The notes below the pieces were generated by a model that was not told the origin of the DNA, ran no database searches, and saw only the letters and a list, made by a program, of their open reading frames with translations. The position numbers and the translations under genes are program-made. DNA of 64,000 nucleotides from the NCBI GenBank assembly GCA_036170555.1, contig JAVHPL010000005.1:529-64528 (forward strand), written 5' to 3'. This stretch comes from Sediminibacterium sp. (lineage in GTDB: Bacteria > Bacteroidota > Bacteroidia > Chitinophagales > Chitinophagaceae). Positions 9,756 through 19,469 of the stretch are shown piece after piece (the stretch's first letter is position 1; each line of letters begins with the position of its first letter).

Positions 9756-10700
9756 ATGAGTATTCCTGTAGTTGATCTTGCCCATTTTACCCAAGGAAGC
9801 CCTGATTTAAAAGCCGCTTTTGTACAAGCTCTGGGAAAAGCCTATGAAGAGGTTGGTTTTGTTGCTGTAAAAAATCACGGTATTCCCGATGCATTAATTA
9901 GCCAGCAATATGAATATGTTCAACAATTTTTTTCTCTTCCTTTAGAAAAAAAAAGAAAGTATGAAATTCCAGGCTTGGCTGGCCAACGCGGCTATACTAG
10001 TTTTGGAAAAGAACATGCCAAGGGAAGTGATGCACCCGATTTAAAAGAGTTTTTTCAATATGGACAAACTGTAGAAAATGAAGATCCTATAAAATTAGAG
10101 TATCCAGATAATGTACAAGTAAAAGAGATCCCTGCTTTTAATGCTACTATTTTTAACGCGTATAGAAATTTTGAAAAAAGTGGTAAATCAATGCTACAGG
10201 CCATTGCATTGTATTTAAATTTAGATGAACACTTTTTTGATGAACCTATTTTAAATGGAAATTCTATTCTTCGTTGTATTCATTATCCCCCCATTACCAG
10301 TGAACCCAAAACGGCTATTCGTTCGGAGCAACATGAAGATATCAATTTGATTACTTTATTGGTAGGTGCTTCGGCAGATGGCTTACAAATTTTAACCAAA
10401 CAGGGTGAATGGATTAATGTTACTTCTTTGCCCGAGCAAATTGTGGTGAATGTAGGTGATATGTTACAGCGCTTAACCAATAATAAATTAAGAAGTACTA
10501 CCCATCGGGTGGTAAATCCTGCAAAAGCATTATGGCATACCAGCAGGTTCTCCATGCCCTTTTTTCTGCATCCCCGAAGTGAAATGAGCTTAGCCTGTTT
10601 ACCTAGTTGTATAGATGCATTGCATCCTAAAGCTTATCCTGATGCAACTGCAGGTGACTATTTAGATGAACGTTTACGTGAAATTGGGTTGAAAAAATGA
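9756..10700 (+). CDS. 2-oxoglutarate/Fe(II) dioxygenase, isopenicillin N synthase family
   Basis: HED...H facial triad ([14 protein letters not shown]), RFS 2OG-binding motif, N-terminal IPVVDL...GFVAVKNHG. Confidence 0.88.
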   Translation: MSIPVVDLAHFTQGSPDLKAAFVQALGKAYEEVGFVAVKNHGIPDALISQQYEYVQQFFSLPLEKKRKYEIPGLAGQRGYTSFGKEHAKGSDAPDLKEFFQYGQTVENEDPIKLEYPDNVQVKEIPAFNATIFNAYRNFEKSGKSMLQAIALYLNLDEHFFDEPILNGNSILRCIHYPPITSEPKTAIRSEQHEDINLITLLVGASADGLQILTKQGEWINVTSLPEQIVVNVGDMLQRLTNNKLRSTTHRVVNPAKALWHTSRFSMPFFLHPRSEMSLACLPSCIDALHPKAYPDATAGDYLDERLREIGLKK

Positions 10701-11953
10701 TCATGCTTCGCCATATACCTTTTTTGCGTGCGGTATTTTTTTACAGCATTACTGCCTTTGGTGGTCCACAAGGTCATATGGGTATGATGATGAAAACCTT
10801 TGTTCAAAATAGAAGAGATGTAACAGAAAAAGAGTTGATGGAATACAATGCTTTTTGTCAATTGTTACCAGGAGCATCTTCTACACAAACCATAACGCTT
10901 ATTGGATATAAACGCGGAGGCGTATGGTTAGCCTTAATCACATTACTCGTTTGGATTTTGCCAGCATCTATTTTAATGTCGGGCTTATCTTTTTTCTTAA
11001 ATTATTTTACTGATGTAAATCATCCATCTAATTTATTTCGTTTTATTCAACCAATGGCTATAGGATTTATTGCGTATGCATCTTTTAGAACTTTTGGTAT
11101 ATCTATTCACAATACTATTACGCGTATAATTATGGTGGTAGCTACTCTTGCTACTTTCTTGGCTTTTAAAACGCCTTGGATTTTTCCTGTATTAATTATA
11201 GTAGCTGGTATAGTTACCAACTTCAGCGAAAAACGTATTCCGCAAAAAGAAGTGCCCCCTAAAAAAATTAAATGGGGTAATATCCTTATTTTTTTGGCGC
11301 TATTTGGTATAACAGGATATTTATCGGAAACGGCAACAAAAAATAATTGGGAAAACAGAAAAGCCTTTAACTTATTTGAAAATAATTATCGTTTTGGTAG
11401 CTTGGTTTTTGGCGGGGGAGATGTTTTAATGCCACTCATGTATGAGCAGTATGTTACGCGTCCTCAAACCAAAAGAATTCAAACAACAAAACGTGATGTT
11501 TTAAAAATAGATAGACAAGCATTTTTAACAGGCTCTGGCTTGGTAAGGGCAATTCCGGGCCCCGTTTTTTCTATTGGGGCATTTACGGGGGGGATGGTAT
11601 TGAGCCAGCAAGGACCATTCATGCAATTATTGGGTTGCTTAATTGGGGCTGTGGCTATTTTTTTACCTAGTGCTTTATTGGTTCTATTCTTTTTTCCTGT
11701 TTGGCAAAATTTAAAAAAATACGCCGTTATTTATCGTTCATTGGAAGGAATTAATGCTGTTGTGGTGGGTATTATGGTTGGCGCCACTGCTTATTTATTA
11801 AAAGACAATATATTCTTTCCACTATTTGAAGGCAACTGGATGGCTATTTTGGATATTATTATTATTATGGTTACATTTTTTCTACTCAAGATGAATCGAA
11901 TTCCTGCCCCTTTTATAGCTTTAGGATGCCTTTTATTGGGCTTCTTACTGTAA
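10697..11953 (+). CDS. chrA: Chromate ion transporter (ChrA, long-chain CHR family)
   Basis: Duplicated AFGGP / VFGGG and LPGA / IPGP motifs, multiple transmembrane segments. Confidence 0.85.
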   Translation: MIMLRHIPFLRAVFFYSITAFGGPQGHMGMMMKTFVQNRRDVTEKELMEYNAFCQLLPGASSTQTITLIGYKRGGVWLALITLLVWILPASILMSGLSFFLNYFTDVNHPSNLFRFIQPMAIGFIAYASFRTFGISIHNTITRIIMVVATLATFLAFKTPWIFPVLIIVAGIVTNFSEKRIPQKEVPPKKIKWGNILIFLALFGITGYLSETATKNNWENRKAFNLFENNYRFGSLVFGGGDVLMPLMYEQYVTRPQTKRIQTTKRDVLKIDRQAFLTGSGLVRAIPGPVFSIGAFTGGMVLSQQGPFMQLLGCLIGAVAIFLPSALLVLFFFPVWQNLKKYAVIYRSLEGINAVVVGIMVGATAYLLKDNIFFPLFEGNWMAILDIIIIMVTFFLLKMNRIPAPFIALGCLLLGFLL

Positions 11954-11980
11954 TTTTAGTAACTTTCTTCATTACTCAAA

Positions 11981-12733
11981 ATGCTATATATGGTTACCAT
12001 TGCTCTCTATAACCTAAAAGGTGGGGTTGGAAAAACAGCCGCCACTATTAATTTGGCTTATCTATCGGCAAAAGAAGGATATAAAACCTTGGTTTGGGAC
12101 TTAGATCCTCAGGGGTCTTCTTCTTTTTATTTAGGGGTTCAATCGAATGTAAAAAATGAAGCCAAAAAAATATTAAGTAGTGAAATTAATTTAATTGATG
12201 CTATTCAGCCTTCAGCGTATGATCATCTCCATATAATTCCTGCAGATCTTTCAGCAAGGCATGCAGATATATTATTGAGTGATATGAAACAGTCTAAGAA
12301 AAAAATTAGCTCCATCCTTACTTCAATTAAGAAAGAATATGATATTGTTTTTCTAGATTGTCCTCCAGGTATTTCCTTATTACATGATGCTATTTTTGCA
12401 GGAGCAGATTGGGTACTCATGCCCAATATTCCTACTACCTTGTCTATACGTTCCTATGAAACTGTTTTAAGTTATTGCAAAGAGAACGACGTTGACCTTT
12501 CTAAGTTAAAATGTTTTTTTAGCATGGTAGATCATAGAAAAAATTTACACCATGAAGTAATTAATGAATTTTATAAAGACAAAGTATTCTTTAAAAATTA
12601 TATTCCTTATTTAAGTGATGTAGAAAAAATGGGTGTGAACGAAGCTCCTCTAGAAACCTTTGCTGCAAGCAGTTATGCTGCACAATGTTATAGAGATCTT
12701 TGGAAAGAAATTAAGAAAACCTGTATAGATTAG
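11981..12733 (+). CDS. ParA/Soj-family ATPase (no adjacent parB)
   Basis: Deviant Walker A NLKGGVGKT, WDLDPQG, DCPPG. Confidence 0.88.
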   Translation: MLYMVTIALYNLKGGVGKTAATINLAYLSAKEGYKTLVWDLDPQGSSSFYLGVQSNVKNEAKKILSSEINLIDAIQPSAYDHLHIIPADLSARHADILLSDMKQSKKKISSILTSIKKEYDIVFLDCPPGISLLHDAIFAGADWVLMPNIPTTLSIRSYETVLSYCKENDVDLSKLKCFFSMVDHRKNLHHEVINEFYKDKVFFKNYIPYLSDVEKMGVNEAPLETFAASSYAAQCYRDLWKEIKKTCID

Positions 12734-12773
12734 CCTCTCTTAAAACCGAATTGATCAGATTAAATTTATTGAA

Positions 12774-13505
12774 GTGAATAAAGAAATTACTTCCTGGTTT
12801 AGCCCAGCTCTCACCAAACAAATGCCAATAGCTTCTTATGGTCATTATGGTTTTGCTTTGTTGTTAATACCAACAGCCGCAGCAGATTTTTTAGAATATG
12901 AACGATTTCAATTAATAGATGCATTGGCTCCTTTAATTGATGCTGGTAAGCTTAGGGTATTTAGTATTGATAGTATGAACAAGGAAAGCTGGATGAATAA
13001 TGAAATGCTTCCTGAACATAAAGCCATTCGGCATAACCAGTTTAATGAATATGTTTTTAATGAAGTGGTTCCTTTTATTAGAAACTGCACTAGTAATGAA
13101 ACCATGATTTATACCTGTGGTGCATCCTTTGGTGCTTTGCATGCTATGAATTTATTTTTAAAAAGGCCAGATATCTTGAATGGTGCCATCAGCATGAGTG
13201 GTGTTTATAATCTCACCGAATACACAAAGGGTTTTTGGGATGAGCAGGTTTATTTTAATAGCCCCGAACATTATATACCTAATTTAACCGATGAAGATAT
13301 TTTAGCTAAAATTAGAGCCAGCCATCATATTCATATTTATACGGGAAGTGGAAGTTTTGAAGATCCCGAAGCTGGCAAAAGATTTTCAAAATTATTATTC
13401 GATAAAGGTATTTGGAATGATTTAGAAGTTTGGGGTGCCGATATCACCCATGACTGGCCTACATGGAGAAAAATGTTGCCCATCATTATAGATACAAAGT
13501 TCTAA
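12774..13505 (+). CDS. Alpha/beta-hydrolase esterase family protein
   Basis: GASFGA nucleophile elbow, HDWPTW C-terminal His motif; GTG start. Confidence 0.8.
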   Translation: MNKEITSWFSPALTKQMPIASYGHYGFALLLIPTAAADFLEYERFQLIDALAPLIDAGKLRVFSIDSMNKESWMNNEMLPEHKAIRHNQFNEYVFNEVVPFIRNCTSNETMIYTCGASFGALHAMNLFLKRPDILNGAISMSGVYNLTEYTKGFWDEQVYFNSPEHYIPNLTDEDILAKIRASHHIHIYTGSGSFEDPEAGKRFSKLLFDKGIWNDLEVWGADITHDWPTWRKMLPIIIDTKF

Positions 13506-13588
13506 ACTGTAAAAATGGCGTTAATTCAAACGAATTTTGATGGAACTCTGCCTTCCCTGAATTAATATTACAGCATAATTAACCGCAG

Positions 13589-14371
13589 TTGAGCAATTGG
13601 CCCATGATTCGTTGGAGTTTATGTATACTGTTCTGTGTAGCCATGCTTGGATCTGCAGAAGGCCAATTTGTTACCATTACAGGAAATGTATATGATATAA
13701 CCGCCCGTAGACCTTTAGAAGCAGTTGCTGTTCAAAGTACTTCTGGAAGAGGAACCATTACCGATTCAACTGGACGATATTTATTGGTGGTGCTTACCAC
13801 CGATTCAATTTGGTTTTCTATGATTGGAAAATCTACCATGAAATATCCAGTAGATACCATTAGCAATACGAATCAGTTTAATGTAATGATTCACGTGAAG
13901 GCAACTGAATTGCCCGAAGTAAAAGTGCGGAATAATTATTACCGATACGACTCTGCTATGAATCGGAAAGATTATGCCAAAGTTTTTAATTTTAAAAAAC
14001 CTACTTTAAGCGTAGTTAAAAACAATACCTATAATCCGGGTGCTACTGTTGGATTCAATTTAACTGAGATCATTAATATGTTTAGGGTAAAGCGCAACCA
14101 AAGTATACTCAGTTTACAAAAAAGACTAATTGAGCAGGAGCAAGAAAAATATGTAAATAATAGATTTAGTAAACAATTTGTACGTAAAATTACCAAATTG
14201 ACATCTCCGGAGTTAGATACTTTTATGAGAAGATATCGCCCCGATTATGAATTGTTGCAACAATTGAACGATTTGGAATTAGGGTATTGGATTACCAAGA
14301 GTTATGAAATGTATAAATCGTTAAAATACAATTGGAGAGGGGGTATGTATAAAAGGAAAGAGGAGTTTTAA
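13589..14371 (+). CDS. Secreted protein with carboxypeptidase-regulatory-like domain
   Basis: Signal peptide, ITGNVYD...GTITDSTGRY...IWFSMIG...LPEVKV pattern; TTG start. Confidence 0.7.
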   Translation: MSNWPMIRWSLCILFCVAMLGSAEGQFVTITGNVYDITARRPLEAVAVQSTSGRGTITDSTGRYLLVVLTTDSIWFSMIGKSTMKYPVDTISNTNQFNVMIHVKATELPEVKVRNNYYRYDSAMNRKDYAKVFNFKKPTLSVVKNNTYNPGATVGFNLTEIINMFRVKRNQSILSLQKRLIEQEQEKYVNNRFSKQFVRKITKLTSPELDTFMRRYRPDYELLQQLNDLELGYWITKSYEMYKSLKYNWRGGMYKRKEEF

Positions 14372-14372
14372 A

Positions 14373-15413
14373 TTAATGATTAGTTGCTTCTAATGCTTTT
14401 ATTCCAAGCAATTGTATCAACGGTAACAATGCCCCAAAACGTGCATCCTTACTATGTCCTTGTTTAAATCTATGATAAATTTGTTGTGCAATCACTGCAT
14501 TTTTAAATAAGCCAAATACATAATAAAAATGGATATCACTTAAGTCTCTGCCACTTTTTGCAGCATATCTATCTATCAATGCTTGTTTGGTATAATTTCC
14601 GGGTAGCCAAGTTAAATTGTAGTTTTTAAATAGTTCGTTTTCTCCTGCTTCAAACCAATAAGCCAACATTGCCCCAAAATCCATTAGCGGATCTCCTACA
14701 GTAGCCATTTCCCAATCTAATACTCCTATAATTTTCGTAAGGTCGTTTTCTGCCAATATGATATTGTCGTATTTAAAATCATTGTGTAATAAAGTTGGTG
14801 CTTGTGTTCTTGGTTGATATAATTTTAGCCATTCGGCTACTTCATTCATACTAGTAATGGTATCTGTTTGGGCAGTATCATATCTTTTAATCCATCCTTC
14901 TATTTGCCTATTTACATATCCTGTAGGTTTACCCAATTGAATTAATCCGGTTTGTTCAATATCAATTGCATGCAATTGCACAAGGGTATCAATTAAATTT
15001 TCGGAAAGGGTAGTATATATAGATGCTTGAATAGATAGTTTGGGTGCGTTCTGCGCACGCAAAATAGTTCCTTCTATTTTTTCCATTATATAAAATGGAA
15101 GGCCCAATATTTTTTCATCTGCTTCATATACAATGGGTGTGGGCACTAAATTAAAATGCGGTTTTAATAATTGTAGCACATTATACTCCCTTCCCATATC
15201 ATGGGCCGACTGTATATGCGCTCCGGGTGGGGGCATTCTTAACACATATTGGTTGCTATGGGTTTGCAGGCAATAGGTAAGATTAGCATATCCGCCAGGA
15301 AAGCGTGTAATTATTTCAATAGGTTCTATGGGGATAGCTTTGTTGCGAATAAAAGCGTTCAAAACATCTATTGAAATAAATTCTTGTTGAGAAAGGGCAA
15401 CTGTTTTTTCCAT
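14373..15413 (-). CDS. APH-family phosphotransferase (ACAD10/11 kinase-like, LvaA-like)
   Basis: GGYANLTY, HDMGREY, LLHNDFKYDN, LDWEMATVGDP. Confidence 0.85.
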   Translation of the reverse strand: MEKTVALSQQEFISIDVLNAFIRNKAIPIEPIEIITRFPGGYANLTYCLQTHSNQYVLRMPPPGAHIQSAHDMGREYNVLQLLKPHFNLVPTPIVYEADEKILGLPFYIMEKIEGTILRAQNAPKLSIQASIYTTLSENLIDTLVQLHAIDIEQTGLIQLGKPTGYVNRQIEGWIKRYDTAQTDTITSMNEVAEWLKLYQPRTQAPTLLHNDFKYDNIILAENDLTKIIGVLDWEMATVGDPLMDFGAMLAYWFEAGENELFKNYNLTWLPGNYTKQALIDRYAAKSGRDLSDIHFYYVFGLFKNAVIAQQIYHRFKQGHSKDARFGALLPLIQLLGIKALEATNH

Positions 15414-15414
15414 A

Positions 15415-16629
15415 TTATTTTTTCTTCAGATCTAACCCATATTTTTTTAAAATATGCATAGCCAAACTTTGCTTATGTACTTCATCTGCCCCATCCCAAA
15501 TTCTTGCACCACGTTCGTGTTGATATAAATTAGCTAACATGGTTTCATCCGTTAAGCCTTTAGCTCCATGTACTTGAATGGCCCTATCTAAAACCTTTAC
15601 AACCATATTGGCTACATAAAATTTTATGCCCGCTATTTGATCTCTTGTTGCAGCAGCTCCATACAAATCTATATGATGCGCAGTGCGTAGAACCAATAAT
15701 CTTGAAGCGTCTATTTCTACCCTGCTTTCTGCTATAAATCCTTGTATAAATTGCTTTTGACCTAAGAAAACATCCTCATCCATTTCTCTCGATACCGCTT
15801 GTTTACACATTAAGTTAAATGCTTTTTCTGCAATACCTACCCATCGCATACAATGATGAATTCTACCTGGTCCCAACCGTTCTTGCGCTAGCTTAAAACC
15901 CATACCTTCCTCGCCAATTAAATTTTCAACAGGTACTCTACAGTTATTGTACCTAATTTCTGCATGACTGGCCCATCCTTCTCCTGTTTCTCCAAACACC
16001 GGAATATTTCGTACAAATTCAAAGCCTGGTGTATCCGTTGGCACAATAATCATACTGGCTCGTTGGTGTTTATGTGCAGTTGGATTGGTAATGGCCATCA
16101 CCACTGCAAATGCAGCACCGTCTGCAGAAGAAGTAAACCATTTATGTCCATTAATTATATATTCATTTCCTTCCCTTACTGCTGTAGTAGCCATCCTGGT
16201 TGGGTTTGAGCCAGCAAATGCTGGTTCAGTCATAGAAAAACAACTGCGTATTTTTCCTTGTAATAAAGGGAGTAGAAATTTTTCTTTAATTGCATCTGAT
16301 GCAAATTTGCTAATGAGTTCGGTATTGCCAATATCGGGTGCTTGCGCGTTAAAAGTATATTGCCCATAATATGGTGCTAAAGAAAGTACTTCACTAATTT
16401 GTCCAAACTCACATAGGGTAAGACCCATTCCACCTTCATCTTTAGGCAAATGCAAGTTCCACCAGCCCCTTGCTTTTACCAGTTCTCTTTTTGTAGCTAA
16501 TATTTTTTCTGTTTCTTTAAATGGCCGGGTAGTATGGTCTTTTTCTAATGGAATTAATTCATCTTCTACAAATTGTTGAATCAATGGAATTAAAGTACGA
16601 ATGCGTTCTGTAACAAAAATGGCTTCCAT
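15415..16629 (-). CDS. Acyl-CoA dehydrogenase (ACAD10/11, LvaC-like clade)
   Basis: APDIGN, FSMTEP..AGSNP, INGHKWFTS, AQERLGPGRIHHCMR, RIWDGADEVH. Confidence 0.9.
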   Translation of the reverse strand: MEAIFVTERIRTLIPLIQQFVEDELIPLEKDHTTRPFKETEKILATKRELVKARGWWNLHLPKDEGGMGLTLCEFGQISEVLSLAPYYGQYTFNAQAPDIGNTELISKFASDAIKEKFLLPLLQGKIRSCFSMTEPAFAGSNPTRMATTAVREGNEYIINGHKWFTSSADGAAFAVVMAITNPTAHKHQRASMIIVPTDTPGFEFVRNIPVFGETGEGWASHAEIRYNNCRVPVENLIGEEGMGFKLAQERLGPGRIHHCMRWVGIAEKAFNLMCKQAVSREMDEDVFLGQKQFIQGFIAESRVEIDASRLLVLRTAHHIDLYGAAATRDQIAGIKFYVANMVVKVLDRAIQVHGAKGLTDETMLANLYQHERGARIWDGADEVHKQSLAMHILKKYGLDLKKK

Positions 16630-16638
16630 AAAATAAAA

Positions 16639-17406
16639 TTATATTGTTAATCCTCCATCTGCTGTAAATAAAGTTCCTGTGCAATAACCCGATGCGGGGG
16701 TAGCTAAAAATAGGGCCAATCCAGCAATTTCCTCCACCGATCCCATGCGCGGAATTGGAGATTGTTTTATAAATCGGGTAAGCCATTTTTCATCTTTCCA
16801 AAGAGCTTCTGAAAATTTTGTTTTAATTAATCCCGGGCATATCGCATTCACCCGTATGCCATCTATACCCCATTCTTTGGCCATTACTTTTGTGAGCATA
16901 TTCAAGGCTGCTTTTGAAACGGAATAAATGCCTAAACCAGGGTCTGGTGTATAACCAGAAACAGAACTAATATTGATAACGGATCCTCCGCCTCTTGCCT
17001 TCATGATAGGGTAAACCAATTTGCCTAATGCTAAGGGTGCTTTTACGTTTACATTCATAATTTTATCAAATGCCCATTCCTCCACAGTTACTACTGGGCC
17101 AAATACAGGATTCGTTGCTGCGTTATTAACCAGTATATCTATTCCTCCGTACAAGGCAACTGCTTTTTCTACCAATAATGTACAGGCTTCTATTTCTCCT
17201 GCATTTGCTGCAATACCTGCACAAATACCCCCCTCTGATTGAATGCTTTCGGCAACTTTATCTAAATCTTCCTGCTTTCTCGAATTAATAATTACCTTGG
17301 CCCCATTGGCTGCAAAAATTCGCGCAATGGCTTCCCCTATACCCTTGCTGGCACCGGTTATTAAAGCTACTTTTCCTTCTAAATTACATAATGTACTGGC
17401 TTTCAT
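16639..17406 (-). CDS. Classical SDR oxidoreductase (DHRS4/LvaD-like)
   Basis: TGASKGIG, NNAATNP, YSVSK catalytic motif, PGLIKTKFS. Confidence 0.88.
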   Translation of the reverse strand: MKASTLCNLEGKVALITGASKGIGEAIARIFAANGAKVIINSRKQEDLDKVAESIQSEGGICAGIAANAGEIEACTLLVEKAVALYGGIDILVNNAATNPVFGPVVTVEEWAFDKIMNVNVKAPLALGKLVYPIMKARGGGSVINISSVSGYTPDPGLGIYSVSKAALNMLTKVMAKEWGIDGIRVNAICPGLIKTKFSEALWKDEKWLTRFIKQSPIPRMGSVEEIAGLALFLATPASGYCTGTLFTADGGLTI

Positions 17407-17422
17407 GGATTCATTATTTTAA

Positions 17423-18253
17423 CTATTTCATGGCCTTTTTCATAGCATGCATAAATTGTTCTTTCACTATTTTTCTAAACCTGGTAGGAGCAAATCTTTT
17501 GTACAACCACATTGTATACGCGCTTTTGGGAAGTATGATATACAATTCTTTTTTTGCTGCACGTTTTAAAATTTCTTGTGATACCTCTTTTGCTTCTAAC
17601 CCCGAACGATCAATAAAATGTTGGGATATTTTTTGAATCATTCCACCACTTCTTGAAGATTGCGCAATATTTGTTTTAAAATAAGTGGGCATGATGCAAC
17701 TAACATTAATGTGATGATCCATCAGCTCACTGTACAATGTTTCACTAATGGCTAGCACTGCCGCTTTGGTCATATTGTACGCACCCATGGTAGGTGCACA
17801 TCCAATGGCAGCGGCACTTGCCGTATTAAGGATATGTCCAAATCCTTGCTTTTTCATAGTAGGAATAAAATAAGTACAACCATATACAACACCCATTTGA
17901 TTAATGCCTACCATCCATTCGTAGTTTTCTAAAGGGTAAGCTTCAAAAGCACCCCCATCGCCTACGCCAGCGTTATTAAACAATAAATCAATTCCCCCAA
18001 CGTCTTGTAAAAATTGTTCTGATACTGTTTTATACTGATATTTATTAGCTACATCAAGATGGTAACTAAAAATAGTTGCGCCAAGGGCTTGAATTTCTTG
18101 GGCAGTTTGTGCCAACAGATTAGCATTATTGTCTGCCATACCAATAGTCCAACCGTCAGATGCCAATTCGGAAGCAAATGCTTTTCCTAATCCCGAAGCT
18201 GCCCCTGTAATAAATGCACGCTTAGCGGGATAAATTGCAGATAATGCATACAT
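17423..18253 (-). CDS. Classical SDR oxidoreductase
   Basis: TGAASGLG, NNAG, YNMTK catalytic motif. Confidence 0.88.
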   Translation of the reverse strand: MYALSAIYPAKRAFITGAASGLGKAFASELASDGWTIGMADNNANLLAQTAQEIQALGATIFSYHLDVANKYQYKTVSEQFLQDVGGIDLLFNNAGVGDGGAFEAYPLENYEWMVGINQMGVVYGCTYFIPTMKKQGFGHILNTASAAAIGCAPTMGAYNMTKAAVLAISETLYSELMDHHINVSCIMPTYFKTNIAQSSRSGGMIQKISQHFIDRSGLEAKEVSQEILKRAAKKELYIILPKSAYTMWLYKRFAPTRFRKIVKEQFMHAMKKAMK

Positions 18254-18399
18254 ATAGCAAGTGTATTAATGCATGAATGTACAATTTGATTGGGTTAATG
18301 CCATGTTTACACGAATTATTTATGGGTTGAACCATTCATCATAGACATCACATTGGGTTTAAATATATTCTATCTTTATAGCTTCCAAAAATTTCGCAT

Positions 18400-19449
18400 T
18401 TGAAAAATATACTTATTGGTTTAACTTTTACAATCCTGCTATTTTCTTGTAAGCAAAAAAAAGATGCCCCGGCACAAAATACAAAAGCACAAGGCCCCAC
18501 AGTTGTTGATGTAATCATTGCAGGAACCAGCAATACTAGCAACTTGGTAGAAGTGAGTGGTGCTGTAATTCCCAATGAAACCATCAATATAAACGCTGAA
18601 ATAAGTGGCAGGCTTACTTATTTGAATATTCCAGATGGAGGTTCAGTATCACAAGGAGCTGTTCTGGCTAAAATTAATGATGCCGATTTGCAAGCTAATC
18701 TTAGCAAAACCAAAGTGTTGCTAGAAATGGCACAGAAAACCGAATCAAGGTTAAAAAAATTATTGTCTATTAATGGTATTAATCAGGCTGATTATGATTT
18801 GGCATTGAATCAGGTAAACAGTTATAAAGCAGATTTAATTGTAACACAAGCTCAAATAGATAAAACAGTTATTAAAGCACCTTTCACTGGTGTGTTGGGG
18901 TTGAGGCAAATTAGCCCTGGTGCGTATGTAACGCCTGCTATCATATTATCTACACTTCAACAGGTAGATCGCGTAAAAATAGATTTTAATGTACCCGAAT
19001 TGTATACTAACCTTATTCATAAAGGGGCTACCATTACAGTACAAACCAACGAAACTGGCATTAAAAGAAAAGCAGTTGTAATTGCTACCGATCCTCAAAT
19101 AAATTCAACAACACGTAATCTTAGAGTGAGGGCTTTGTTAGAAGGAAAGGCAATTAATCCAGGTACTTTTGTAAAAGTATTATTAGAAAATGGAGGAGAT
19201 AGAAACAGCATCATGATTCCAACCAATGCCATCATTCCCGATGCTAGGGCAAAAAAGCTGATTGTAGTTAAAAATGGGAAGGGGGTATTTGTAGACATTG
19301 AAACAGGAATCCGAAGTGCAGGAATGGCAGAAATTACCAAAGGAATTAAAGCAGGTGATAGTGTTGTTGTAACAGGCGTATTATTTGTTCGTCCAAATTT
19401 GCCTGTTACAGTAAGAAGTGTTAAGCAATTGAGTGATTTAGTAAAATAG
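18400..19449 (+). CDS. RND efflux periplasmic adaptor (MFP) lipoprotein
   Basis: Lipobox LFSC, IKAPFTGVLG, PTNAI motifs; directly upstream of an RND permease; TTG start. Confidence 0.9.
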   Translation: MKNILIGLTFTILLFSCKQKKDAPAQNTKAQGPTVVDVIIAGTSNTSNLVEVSGAVIPNETININAEISGRLTYLNIPDGGSVSQGAVLAKINDADLQANLSKTKVLLEMAQKTESRLKKLLSINGINQADYDLALNQVNSYKADLIVTQAQIDKTVIKAPFTGVLGLRQISPGAYVTPAIILSTLQQVDRVKIDFNVPELYTNLIHKGATITVQTNETGIKRKAVVIATDPQINSTTRNLRVRALLEGKAINPGTFVKVLLENGGDRNSIMIPTNAIIPDARAKKLIVVKNGKGVFVDIETGIRSAGMAEITKGIKAGDSVVVTGVLFVRPNLPVTVRSVKQLSDLVK

Positions 19450-19469
19450 TAGAAGTACCAAGTAGTAAA

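Noticed and set aside
9946-9954. A9 homopolymer in the 2OG oxygenase gene (and A8/T8 runs elsewhere) as phase-variation tracts
   Set aside because: Frames are intact and such runs are common at this AT content
4611-18341. Identical 10-mer CCATTCATCA in two divergent promoter regions (4611-4620 and 18332-18341)
   Set aside because: A 10-bp match is plausible by chance in AT-rich DNA, and no second half-site supports a shared regulator
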